A stretch of 35,634 bases of DNA from IMG/VR virus record IMGVR_UViG_3300032292_000997, positions 1-35,634 of that record. The stretch is one strand, 5' to 3'. Positions 1 through 9,309 of this stretch are shown here, piece by piece. Below the pieces are notes generated by a model. That model did not search any database and was not told where the DNA came from. It saw only the letters and a list, made by a program, of their open reading frames with translations. The translations under genes were made by a program, and so were the position numbers. Position 1 is the first letter of the stretch, and every line of letters begins with the position of its first letter. Source of the stretch: a virus (lineage: Duplodnaviria > Caudoviricetes).

Positions 1-468
1 ACTACTACCACTAGTTCCTGATGAACCGCTTGATCCACTACGACCACTAGTTCCTGACGAACCATTAGTTCCTGATGAACCGCTCGATCCAGATGAACCA
101 CTAGATCCATTACTACCGCTAGTTCCTGATGAACCGCTTGATCCAGATGAACCACTGGATCCACTACTACCGCTATTCCCTGATGAACCACTGGATCCAC
201 TACTACCACTTGTTCCTGATGAACCGCTTGATCCAGACGAACCGCTAGATCCATTACTACCGCTAGTTCCTGACGAACCACTAGATCCACTGCTACCACT
301 AGTTCCTGATGAACCGCTAGATCCACTACGACCACTAGTTCCTGACGAACCGCTTGAGCCTGATGAACCGCTAGATCCATTACTACCACTAGTCCCTGAT
401 GAACCGCTGGATCCAGATGAACCACTACTACCGCTAGTACCTGATGTACCATTAGTTCCTGAAGTTCC
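1..468 (-). repeat. 9-nt-period coding repeat, 52 uninterrupted Gly-X-Y triplets (GSS, GTS, occasional GSN, GTN, GRS, GNS)
   Basis: Gly codon every 9 nt from 466-468 down to 7-9; no Pro; continues past the window edge. A short second tract lies at about 577-630. Confidence 0.95.
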
Positions 469-3207
469 GCTTGATGTGCTGGGCCCTCCAGTTTGATCTA
501 TCCAAACAGTATCATAATTATCATTACTCGCTTTAGCTAAAACTTGATTTATAGTTCCACCAGATGGAACCCCAACACCGCTAGTTCCCGACGAACCGCT
601 TGAACCCGATGAACCTGAAGTTCCACTAGAGGTTTGACCACCATTATTTTCTGATATTAAAAAACCTCTAGATATTATAAAATTAGCTTCTGTATTTGAT
701 AAAGCAAATAAAACAGGTTTTGTTACTTGTCCTACAAATGTTGGTTCTACATCAGTATATGATCCTGAAGTATAAGGCGAAAGAAAATATACATATCCCT
801 CATTTAAAGAAGTTAATCCTGTTACTCTACCATTATAAACTAAATCAAAATCATTACCATTTATATTTTGAACAATACCTACAACTTCTGATGTTGCTAC
901 TGAATCGGCTTTTGCTTCAAACCATCCTGTAATATCATTAAATCCTAATAAATCTCCAGTCGTGAAAGTATGTCCCGTTTGAGTAAATGTACGTATGAGT
1001 CTTTCTGCATCTTGAGCGAATTGCCCAGATTGAGATCCACCACCTGCACCTGTCTGCAATTTTAAAATATTATTTTCTATTACTAAATATTGACTAGCTG
1101 TTGTTGTAGTATTCGGTAATTGATTAAATACAATTTGATTATTACCGCTATATCTTATAGTTCCTGTTGTTATTGTATCTTTATCACTGAAAACAGCTAA
1201 ATAACCACTAACACCAGAACCATCAATAACAAATTTACCACTGGTGATTCCAGTAACTGCATCTGTAATTTGTCCAGATGTAAATCTTAATATATCGGAA
1301 AAATCAGAAAAACTGCCATCTTGATAGGAAGCTCTTACTTTTACTTCATAATTTTTATTTGGCTTTATTGGGAATTTGAGTTTCGGCTCAAACTCAGATA
1401 AAACAAAATCATTTGCGCCCGTTATTCTTTTAGCAAATAAAACGCCTTGCTCATAATCTATAACTGATGGAGATGAACTAAATCTACTGAGCAAAACTCT
1501 ATCACCCGGTTCTATTTGATCAGAGTTGAAATCTTGTTTTTCCGAATCAATAGTTAATGTTAACCAACCACCATTATCTGTATATCCACCATATTTATAT
1601 ACTAAATACGAGGAAGGGTTATTTTTCTTTTCTAATTTTAAAGAATCCCCAAAACCACTAATAAATTTTCTTACATCATTTCCTAGATAATTACTAGTAT
1701 CAATATATAATTGATTCAAAGACGATGAACCTAAAGCTATATTTGCTTTTAATTTATTTGTTCCGGGATCAGAATCGGCTCCAACACCATCGTACAAATA
1801 TTCCAAATATCTACCACCTGAAATAAATCTAGCTCCAGAATAACTTCCAGTATATATGCTTCCTGTATATTTTCCACCACTAGGTAAAATAATTAAAGAG
1901 TTAGAACCTGTATCAAAAACATTAATAAAATATAACTCTGGTGAATTTATATAACCAGAAGGTATTCTTACCTCTGTAATATAATCAAAATTATTACCCG
2001 TCTTATAAATTCCTAATGGATATGAAGCATAATTATCTAGAAATAATGTATGATCGACCCATTTTATACCCGAAGAGCCATAACTAGAAAATACCCCTCT
2101 ATTTCCTGAATAATAATTTGATCCTGTTAATGTTTGAATCAATCCGCTTCCAGTACCATAATATATTTCTTTTATTTTTTCAACTTGAGGATTATTTACT
2201 GAATAAACATAATTTGAATTTTCAATACCATCTTCATATACATAAGTTTCAAATGAAAGAGCATTATCAGTTTTTAATGCGTTCCATTTAACAATCGCTT
2301 GAGTATCTAAATTTTTATCATATTCATTCTGAGAACAAGCAATATACCCAGTTATATTTGTAATTTTTAATGGTACATTCTCTGTATCATAAAATGAAGT
2401 TTTGATACCAGAACTAATTAAATACTGACCAGTACTAAAATAATCATTCGGAATAATTACAACATTAAACGGCAAAACTACTTCTTGATTTGAATTTTTG
2501 TAAACAGGCGCTTGTATTTGTAAAACTTGTCTTGTTCTATTACTTTCATAATCAAAAGTATTTTTATAGTAACCACTAACCAAATCGGAAAAGCCAGTAG
2601 TGGGAGGCGTAATATTGCTATTATTAACAGCAAAAACATCAATACTTTTTAAATAACCATAATTATTAGCTAAAGGAGTAATAGATACAGGGTTAGTATT
2701 CTTAATTTCCAATCCCGTAATACTCGCTTTAGGATAGTTTAATAAAAAATAATAAGTATCAGAATTACCAGCTCTATCAACCGATACTATATCTATAAAA
2801 AACTCTCTTAAATCTTGCAAATTTTGCTGCCCTGTTATCAACGATAAATAAGCAGATAAATCTTCAGAAGAAATAGAAAAATCTGTTTTATTTGTAGGAA
2901 CGAAATAATCTGTCAAATAATTTCTATTTTTTGTATAAAGCTGTAATTTGATTCCAGAAAACGTTTCCTCTAAAATAGTTGAATTTGTTAAAAATGAATT
3001 ATTAAAAGGATTTGCAATTGTCAGATTAATATCAAGAGTTGATTGATTGATTGTACCCGAAACAAGTTTAGCGCTTGAAGATAAACCAAAAGTAGTGGGA
3101 TCTACACTATAATCTAAATTAGAAAAAGAATTCAAATTAGAAATCTGAAAACCAGATATTCCATAAACTCCTGAACTATCTATATTTGAACCTGTAATTA
3201 TAGGCAT
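1..3207 (-). CDS. Tail fibre / tip-associated protein with FN3-like segment and Gly-X-Y collagen-like tract (3' end outside window, >1069 aa)
   Basis: Read by hand: ATG at 3207-3205 (MPIITGSNIDSSG...) and no in-frame stop down to base 1. Contains IKPNKNYEVKVRASYQDGSFSDFS (FN3-like end), GVPSGGTINQVLAKASNDNYDTVW (motif common next to phage collagen repeats), then GSS/GTS repeats. Absent from the ORF track, presumably because it has no stop. Confidence 0.9.
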   Translation of the reverse strand, partial: MPIITGSNIDSSGVYGISGFQISNLNSFSNLDYSVDPTTFGLSSSAKLVSGTINQSTLDINLTIANPFNNSFLTNSTILEETFSGIKLQLYTKNRNYLTDYFVPTNKTDFSISSEDLSAYLSLITGQQNLQDLREFFIDIVSVDRAGNSDTYYFLLNYPKASITGLEIKNTNPVSITPLANNYGYLKSIDVFAVNNSNITPPTTGFSDLVSGYYKNTFDYESNRTRQVLQIQAPVYKNSNQEVVLPFNVVIIPNDYFSTGQYLISSGIKTSFYDTENVPLKITNITGYIACSQNEYDKNLDTQAIVKWNALKTDNALSFETYVYEDGIENSNYVYSVNNPQVEKIKEIYYGTGSGLIQTLTGSNYYSGNRGVFSSYGSSGIKWVDHTLFLDNYASYPLGIYKTGNNFDYITEVRIPSGYINSPELYFINVFDTGSNSLIILPSGGKYTGSIYTGSYSGARFISGGRYLEYLYDGVGADSDPGTNKLKANIALGSSSLNQLYIDTSNYLGNDVRKFISGFGDSLKLEKKNNPSSYLVYKYGGYTDNGGWLTLTIDSEKQDFNSDQIEPGDRVLLSRFSSSPSVIDYEQGVLFAKRITGANDFVLSEFEPKLKFPIKPNKNYEVKVRASYQDGSFSDFSDILRFTSGQITDAVTGITSGKFVIDGSGVSGYLAVFSDKDTITTGTIRYSGNNQIVFNQLPNTTTTASQYLVIENNILKLQTGAGGGSQSGQFAQDAERLIRTFTQTGHTFTTGDLLGFNDITGWFEAKADSVATSEVVGIVQNINGNDFDLVYNGRVTGLTSLNEGYVYFLSPYTSGSYTDVEPTFVGQVTKPVLFALSNTEANFIISRGFLISENNGGQTSSGTSGSSGSSGSSGTSGVGVPSGGTINQVLAKASNDNYDTVWIDQTGGPSTSSGTSGTNGTSGTSGSSGSSGSSGSSGTSGSNGSSGSSGSSGSSGTSGRSGSSGSSGTSGSSGSSGSSGTSGSNGSSGSSGSSGSSGTSGSSGSSGSSGNSGSSGSSGSSGSSGSSGTSGSNGSSGSSGSSGSSGTNGSSGTSGRSGSSGSSGTSGSS

Positions 3208-3210
3208 AAA

Positions 3211-6200
3211 TTATAAATCCACATTTATTATTTTATTATTTTTATCAAATAAATAAAGTTGAACTTCGCAAGACCCAGATAAAAAGATTGGAGAACCTCC
3301 AAATTTACCAAGGAAAATATTCTTATCTGCTAAATCATTACTCTTCATATAAAATTTAATATTTTGATTTCTTAATATTATTTTAAATAAAATACCGCCA
3401 TCATCATCCAGTACATTTTGAACATTTTTATAATATGCTGTTGAAGCACTTCTAGTTTGTATTTCATTGAATAAATCATTTATTTTTAAATTTAAAACCC
3501 AATATTCAGCATTTAACGCTGAAGATTTTATCAATGATGACTTGGGTTCATTAAATGTATAATCTATATTTACACTAGCTAATGCGCTTAAATTATAAGT
3601 AGATGTTTGATAAAAAGTAATACCTGAAACATTTATTTGTTTAATAGTATCTGAAATCGCATAAACGATTGTATTATTTGAGAAATCAACTTTCTTTTCG
3701 AATGTGAAATTTGTTAAACCCTCGTATTTTGCTGGATCATGCTTAATGCAAAATAAAGTATATTCATTATTTTCAGCCTCAGTAATTGTTACTATTTTAT
3801 AAAGATTTTCTTTTTGATTAGTAATTCTATCTTCAATAACAAAAGGTGTTGTTTTTAATATAGAATTGAATAAACTATAATTATAAGAAGGATCTAGATA
3901 AATGCGGCTATTATTATTTTCTATTCTTTCGATTCTTAATTCAATAACTTGATTAATATTAGTTTCTTCTATGTCAGCATCAGATACTGAAGATGAATTA
4001 TTTAAATCGGTTATTGTTTTTATAACTTTATCACAAAGAAATTTGATTTTTTGCCCAGTTAAATTTAAATTTAACTGCCGATCAATAACAATATATTTCT
4101 GATCATAATTAACGTCAATAACTCTACCTTGCAAAATATTATTATTTTTATATTGATCTTCGATTTGAATAACATCGCTTGGCCTCAAAACAATACCTTG
4201 TAAATCTGTAGAAAATGTGACTGTTTGATTTTCAAATCTATTAGTCAATAATAACCATTGACCTATTCTTCTTGCTTGATCTTTTGATGTGATTCCGAAA
4301 CCTAAAATTTCTTTTATTACGATACCATAATTTCTTATTAACTCATAATCTTCAACTATTTCAACTTGTTCAGTAAAGTTTTCATACTTATCTTTATATA
4401 AAACTTTTGCTACTGAATAATTGCCGTCTAAACTTCCCGTCGAATAACTGAAGTTACCATTTTTTACATTTGAATTGTTAAATATATAAGCTATTGGCTT
4501 ATCAACATCAATTGTAGCTGTAACTAAATTATTTTTATAATATGTAATACCTCTAAAAATAGAAGCAATATCATTTAAAATTTTTAAAGCGTCAGTTTCA
4601 TTATCTATCAATAAATTACAAGAAAATCTTGGTTCAAATGGATCTCTATAATTTAATACTTTAGGCAAACATTGACCATATAAAGCTATTGAATCTCTAT
4701 CTTCAGAATCATAATAAAAATCATCAGGCAAAATTTGAGCTTCAATATATGAAGAATAAGAAGGTATATCGTTCGCAAATTTTTGAAGAATAAAATTCTT
4801 AGCATTAGATTGAGAATTTTTTAAACTCTCTGAAATTCTAAATCGCAAAGGTTTGTCTATATTATTTTGAACCGATGTAGCACATTCATTTGAAAACTGA
4901 GTCAACAAACCAGAAGTATCATTTTCAAAAAAATTACGAGGACCGAAATCATTTATTAATTTTATTTTAAATACATCTCCAGTGTCTTCAATCGACCAAA
5001 TTATTTTTTTATAAGCATTATCGATAGACCCCGCATCATTTTTTAAATCATGTAGATAAATAATTGAATTTGAATAACCTCCATTAAATTTAGCAAACGA
5101 ACTATTCACATCATAAACAGGCGGATATTGATTTTTTACATCAGCTAAAGTTCTGCCGTTTTTTTCTAAATAGATAATATTTTTATTATCTTTCGTAATA
5201 TAAAATTTATCCGGTTCATACTTATTAGGAGTAGCAATTTTAATCAATTCGTCAGAATATTTAGCTATTTTATATAAATCCCATTTATTTAGATCTTTTT
5301 CTAAAACTAAACCATTACCTATACCATAACGAGAATTTGTACAAATATCATAAAATATCCACGCTGGATTATCTGTCCATCTAAGAAATGAACTAAATTT
5401 TCCATCCCAATTTCCTGAATATTCTCTTGCTTCAGGATCATAATTACTAGGAACTTTTATCTTTAATAATTTTAAATCAAAAGTTCTATCTGGATCTTGA
5501 TTAAAATGCCTTGAACTTACGGCTGATTTCACTATAGATGAAAAAGGATACGCAAAATTACCTTTTGTTTTAACTCTTTCTACAACACCTACAACGCTAA
5601 AATCTTTGAAATCTCTACCATTACCAGGCGGAATTTTTTTGGATAAAGCGTAAACTTTAACATAATAGTTATTATAAGTAACCGAATTTAAATTTAATGA
5701 TATAGGTATATCAATTGTATAACCTGATTTAGAAATTCCCTGCACATTGAAAATTCCAAAATATCTTGCTGTTGAATTATCTTCTGATAATTCAAATGCT
5801 AAAGTAGCACCTCCAGGAACAGTACCTTGATCACTTGTAGAAAATAGTTGATTAGCTCTAATATGAATAGATATTTCATCAGCATATTTATTTACTATTT
5901 TATGATTGAATTCTTGACAATTTTTTTTCGCTTCATCAAGAAATTGCATTGCTCTTGATCCATTGAAAACACCGTTAATAGAAAAAACAGAACTGTTTCT
6001 AATATATCCAACAAATGGGTTATTAGGTATTTTATCGTTATCTTCTATAAAAGAACCTTTTTCGTCTTGACTAAAAAAGAAAAATCCAGGATTTTGACAT
6101 AAAGTAAAAGGAGCATCGACGCTTGGGCTATCGTTTAAATAAATTTTTCTATCATATTTATGAACAGTAGATGCGTATTGACTCTTATAAAGATTAAACT

Positions 6201-6498
6201 CTTCACCATATGATATATTAAATCCAGCTGTAACATAATTTAATTTATTTAATTTAGAATCAATGATGGGCACATTATTATAATAAACACCTTTTCCTAA
6301 AACTAGATTTTCAATTTGAATGTTTGTTTCATCAGTTATGTATTTCAATAATTCTCCATCTTTATCGCATAATCCCTCTATTGGTCCTTCACAAACTAAA
6401 TCTGTACAAACTAATCTTTCATCAGATTCCAACTGATTGTCCTTAGCCGCAACAATTGAAGGCGAACTAGCTTTATAAATATAACCAAGTGCGAACAT
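3211..6498 (-). CDS. Tail tip hub / host-specificity protein, lambda gpJ-like
   Basis: Motifs DLVCEGPIEGL, KIKVPSNYDP..R.YSGNWDG.F, WTDNPAWIFYD...N.RYG.G, EPRFSCN, FNNSNV.NG.F.Y, GITSKDQARRIGQWLL, LRPSDVIQIED; follows gpI/K/L-like genes. Confidence 0.92.
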   Translation of the reverse strand: MFALGYIYKASSPSIVAAKDNQLESDERLVCTDLVCEGPIEGLCDKDGELLKYITDETNIQIENLVLGKGVYYNNVPIIDSKLNKLNYVTAGFNISYGEEFNLYKSQYASTVHKYDRKIYLNDSPSVDAPFTLCQNPGFFFFSQDEKGSFIEDNDKIPNNPFVGYIRNSSVFSINGVFNGSRAMQFLDEAKKNCQEFNHKIVNKYADEISIHIRANQLFSTSDQGTVPGGATLAFELSEDNSTARYFGIFNVQGISKSGYTIDIPISLNLNSVTYNNYYVKVYALSKKIPPGNGRDFKDFSVVGVVERVKTKGNFAYPFSSIVKSAVSSRHFNQDPDRTFDLKLLKIKVPSNYDPEAREYSGNWDGKFSSFLRWTDNPAWIFYDICTNSRYGIGNGLVLEKDLNKWDLYKIAKYSDELIKIATPNKYEPDKFYITKDNKNIIYLEKNGRTLADVKNQYPPVYDVNSSFAKFNGGYSNSIIYLHDLKNDAGSIDNAYKKIIWSIEDTGDVFKIKLINDFGPRNFFENDTSGLLTQFSNECATSVQNNIDKPLRFRISESLKNSQSNAKNFILQKFANDIPSYSSYIEAQILPDDFYYDSEDRDSIALYGQCLPKVLNYRDPFEPRFSCNLLIDNETDALKILNDIASIFRGITYYKNNLVTATIDVDKPIAYIFNNSNVKNGNFSYSTGSLDGNYSVAKVLYKDKYENFTEQVEIVEDYELIRNYGIVIKEILGFGITSKDQARRIGQWLLLTNRFENQTVTFSTDLQGIVLRPSDVIQIEDQYKNNNILQGRVIDVNYDQKYIVIDRQLNLNLTGQKIKFLCDKVIKTITDLNNSSSVSDADIEETNINQVIELRIERIENNNSRIYLDPSYNYSLFNSILKTTPFVIEDRITNQKENLYKIVTITEAENNEYTLFCIKHDPAKYEGLTNFTFEKKVDFSNNTIVYAISDTIKQINVSGITFYQTSTYNLSALASVNIDYTFNEPKSSLIKSSALNAEYWVLNLKINDLFNEIQTRSASTAYYKNVQNVLDDDGGILFKIILRNQNIKFYMKSNDLADKNIFLGKFGGSPIFLSGSCEVQLYLFDKNNKIINVDL

Positions 6499-6502
6499 AA
6501 TA

Positions 6503-7033
6503 TTATAAATCTATAGAGCCATACGCTTGATCATAATTATTTGCGCCTTGATTCACTGGCAATATTTGAATATCATTAGATATAACAGCGCTACCCAATC
6601 TCATTCTGCCATATCCTATTGGCACAGCAATATTTCGATTTAATACGTTTCTAATACCACCTAAAATTGTAGAATTAGTTTTTACGTCTTTTGGCGCTTT
6701 CGGACTTAAAACGATAGACAAAACAATCGATAAAACAATCAATATAACGCCAACAATAATAGCTGCAATCCAACCCCCCTGAACTACAGGAACAATTTCA
6801 ACTGTTGAATCATTTTTCAAAATTTTACTTTTTAACAAATGAGCAGGCAAAGGTTTGCCGTCAACAAAAACGATAAAGTGAGTAAAAAACTTATTGAAAT
6901 TAGAGAAATATTTATTTATTTTATAATTATTTGCTTCAATAGCCTCAAAAACCTCCATAACAGAAGTAACTTCTAAATTCCAATTTTTGCCTAATTTTTT
7001 TCCTAAAAGACCATGTAATGTAATATTAATCAT
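6503..7033 (-). CDS. Tail assembly protein, lambda gpI-like (ubiquitin-like N-terminus)
   Basis: ITLHGLLGKKLG start, IVPVVQGG followed by a hydrophobic helix, C-terminal VPIGYGRMRLGSAVIS; lies between K-like and J-like genes. Confidence 0.9.
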   Translation of the reverse strand: MINITLHGLLGKKLGKNWNLEVTSVMEVFEAIEANNYKINKYFSNFNKFFTHFIVFVDGKPLPAHLLKSKILKNDSTVEIVPVVQGGWIAAIIVGVILIVLSIVLSIVLSPKAPKDVKTNSTILGGIRNVLNRNIAVPIGYGRMRLGSAVISNDIQILPVNQGANNYDQAYGSIDL

Positions 7034-7367
7034 ACAAACTTATATAAAATTTATCTTTATTTACACTGTATAATAACATATCTAAAGCAAAATATTTTTG
7101 ATTTTCAAGATCCCAGTCGCTAAAACCATCTAGAACGGCGTGTTTTGGATGACTGTGAAATAAAATACATTCTCTATCCCAGATATACTCTTTGGGAGAA
7201 ATTAAAAAATAATTAGCAGAATCAGGATGCAAATTTTGACACTCCACAAAAAAATCAAATCTATCAGAAGTTTTTATTAAAAAACCGCATATTTCCTCCA
7301 TAGAATTGCATGACTTTTCTTTCAATAATTTTAACAAATTTTCATGAACTAGGTAATTTATAGTCAT
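7026..7367 (-). CDS. Tail assembly protein, gpK-like stand-alone JAB/MPN metalloprotease domain
   Basis: EEICGFL...FHSHP...FSDWD matches the JAMM E-HxH-S-D motif; no NlpC/P60 domain follows. Start placed at ATG 7367 (MTINYL) rather than the track's 7394; start uncertain. Confidence 0.85.
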   Translation of the reverse strand: MTINYLVHENLLKLLKEKSCNSMEEICGFLIKTSDRFDFFVECQNLHPDSANYFLISPKEYIWDRECILFHSHPKHAVLDGFSDWDLENQKYFALDMLLYSVNKDKFYISLYD

Positions 7368-9306
7368 AACCAACCGTACCAGGAAACCCACCAAATGGTA
7401 TATTTACTGTTGGATCATTAAACCGTAAAGAACATCCATTTAGATTTCTTGAACATTTATCTTCAGCCCAAACATTTGTATAATTCAAAGGATGTTTTCC
7501 CTTGGAGCCTTGGGGATCAATACAAACAAAAAATCTTGTAGGCAATTCATTGTTTTGATTTATAGATTTTTCATTAAAATCATATTCAATATATGGATCA
7601 ATTTTTATAAAGTCTCCTTGCTTATAAGCATAATCAGGATTATATCCTGTTTTATATTCCATCGATAAAATATTATAAGACTCAAAATTACTTAATCTAA
7701 ATGAGCTTTCAGCATAACTTTTAAGAAATATTTTATTATTTTCATCAGCAACTGGAATTCCTAAATTACCATCTTGCGGTTTAAAATAATCAGAGCTTTT
7801 TTTATAAATAGTTCTTGTAGCTGTTTTCGGAATCGATATATTATATTTACTTGATAAATATGAATTAACTTTATTTATCTCTTCATCACTCAATAATTTA
7901 TTATAAACAATTAATTCATAAACAACTATTTCACTAGTTTCAGAAGCGAAAGTGTTTATTCCAAGATAACCGGGCTGACCAGTAAAATTAGTGCCTTTAT
8001 TATATATATTACCATTGACAATCATTTTTGTATTGTTTCCCGCTGTTTTAGGCAAACTACAACCATATAACTGCGGAGTATTTAAAATTTGACAAGCACC
8101 ATTAACTTGACTTATCCAAGATGTATTAATAAAACATACGTCTTTATATTTATTTGTATTACCTCGTTCAGCTGCCCAATATCCAAGCGCAAAATTATTT
8201 CCACCTGGAGAGCTTGGATAACTTGTTGTTAATCCCCTTCTAACAACACCTCCTGAAACACAGTGTTCAGCTTCACCGCCATTTAATTGATTAGATTTAT
8301 ATCTTACATTTACCAATTCACTAACGTAAAAAATAGTAACATCTTCTCCAGTATAACTTCTATTTATTATCATTTTATCTGGAGTATCATTAGTGCCTGA
8401 ACCTGGATTTACATATCCATTTATAAAAACTGAAAAATAAACTCCTTTTTGATTATTCAATCGACCATTATTTTCATACAATTTCGGTTCTGTACTTAAA
8501 AAATCAGGCTGAACGAGAGAAGCTGCTGTTCCCTGATTAGTCCATGATGTTACTTTTTTAAAACTTAATGTTTTAGCGACATTAGGAGACAAAACTCCCA
8601 ACTCTTGAATTTCAATTGTTCCTGATGTCGTAATGCCTTCTGGTTTCAACCAAACAACAAGATTTGCACTTAAATTATTATTTGGATCTTCTGTATTTAT
8701 TTCAGTCAAAGAAGTATATGGAGCATAATTCGTTTCAACACTAGGTCCATTATAACCATATATTTTGCCATAATTACAACCACAACCTCTATATTGCCAA
8801 CTGCAAAAATCATTATAAACCTTTCTAGCAGGTATAGTAATACCCTCTAAATCTAATATATTAGCTAAAGAGAATTCTACTTTCTCTTTAGTCTCGTAAT
8901 TTTTTCTATGTATAATATACGTATCAGATGCAATAAAAGATTTAAAAGCGCCACCCCCTAAAGTATTTCTATTTGCACCACCAAAATTAACATCATCTAA
9001 ATCTTTTGCTAAAATCTTTTTTCTATAAAATCTTTTTCCCAATAGATCATTGCGATCTTTTATAAAATTAGTAATAAAATTATTTATATTAGAAATTATT
9101 AAAGTCGGCCTGTTTTGTTTTGCGTCTGAACTATATTCTAGATTTGAAATTTCTGAAGGAATATAAATATATGACTGACCTTGGAAAACTACATCTTTAT
9201 TAAAATTTTTAGAGCCATGAAATCTAAAATAACCTTCAAAATCATTTATTTTAACCTCAAATAAATCTATAACCTCAGAATTTTTTAATAAAAATAATTC
9301 AGACAT
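7342..9306 (-). CDS. Minor tail tip protein, lambda gpL-like, with inserted LamG/ConA-like domain
   Basis: IDLFEV start, RPTLIISNI, IPARKVY..CSWQYRGCGCNY and C-terminal DKCSRNLNGCSLRF...PFGGFPG (Fe-S cysteines of gpL). Confidence 0.92.
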   Translation of the reverse strand: MSELFLLKNSEVIDLFEVKINDFEGYFRFHGSKNFNKDVVFQGQSYIYIPSEISNLEYSSDAKQNRPTLIISNINNFITNFIKDRNDLLGKRFYRKKILAKDLDDVNFGGANRNTLGGGAFKSFIASDTYIIHRKNYETKEKVEFSLANILDLEGITIPARKVYNDFCSWQYRGCGCNYGKIYGYNGPSVETNYAPYTSLTEINTEDPNNNLSANLVVWLKPEGITTSGTIEIQELGVLSPNVAKTLSFKKVTSWTNQGTAASLVQPDFLSTEPKLYENNGRLNNQKGVYFSVFINGYVNPGSGTNDTPDKMIINRSYTGEDVTIFYVSELVNVRYKSNQLNGGEAEHCVSGGVVRRGLTTSYPSSPGGNNFALGYWAAERGNTNKYKDVCFINTSWISQVNGACQILNTPQLYGCSLPKTAGNNTKMIVNGNIYNKGTNFTGQPGYLGINTFASETSEIVVYELIVYNKLLSDEEINKVNSYLSSKYNISIPKTATRTIYKKSSDYFKPQDGNLGIPVADENNKIFLKSYAESSFRLSNFESYNILSMEYKTGYNPDYAYKQGDFIKIDPYIEYDFNEKSINQNNELPTRFFVCIDPQGSKGKHPLNYTNVWAEDKCSRNLNGCSLRFNDPTVNIPFGGFPGTVGYDYKLPSS

Positions 9307-9309
9307 ATA

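Noticed and set aside
696-932. 78-aa plus-strand ORF from the track
   Set aside because: Antisense shadow of the long minus-strand fibre ORF 1-3207.
4640-5240. Intein in gpJ (also considered for the TMP cassettes)
   Set aside because: No C/S-start block, no terminal HN-[CST], no LAGLIDADG motifs seen.
7331-7345. ATGA-coupled start at 7345 for the gpK-like gene
   Set aside because: That ATG is in another frame and reads MKIC-stop; the JAB frame starts further upstream.
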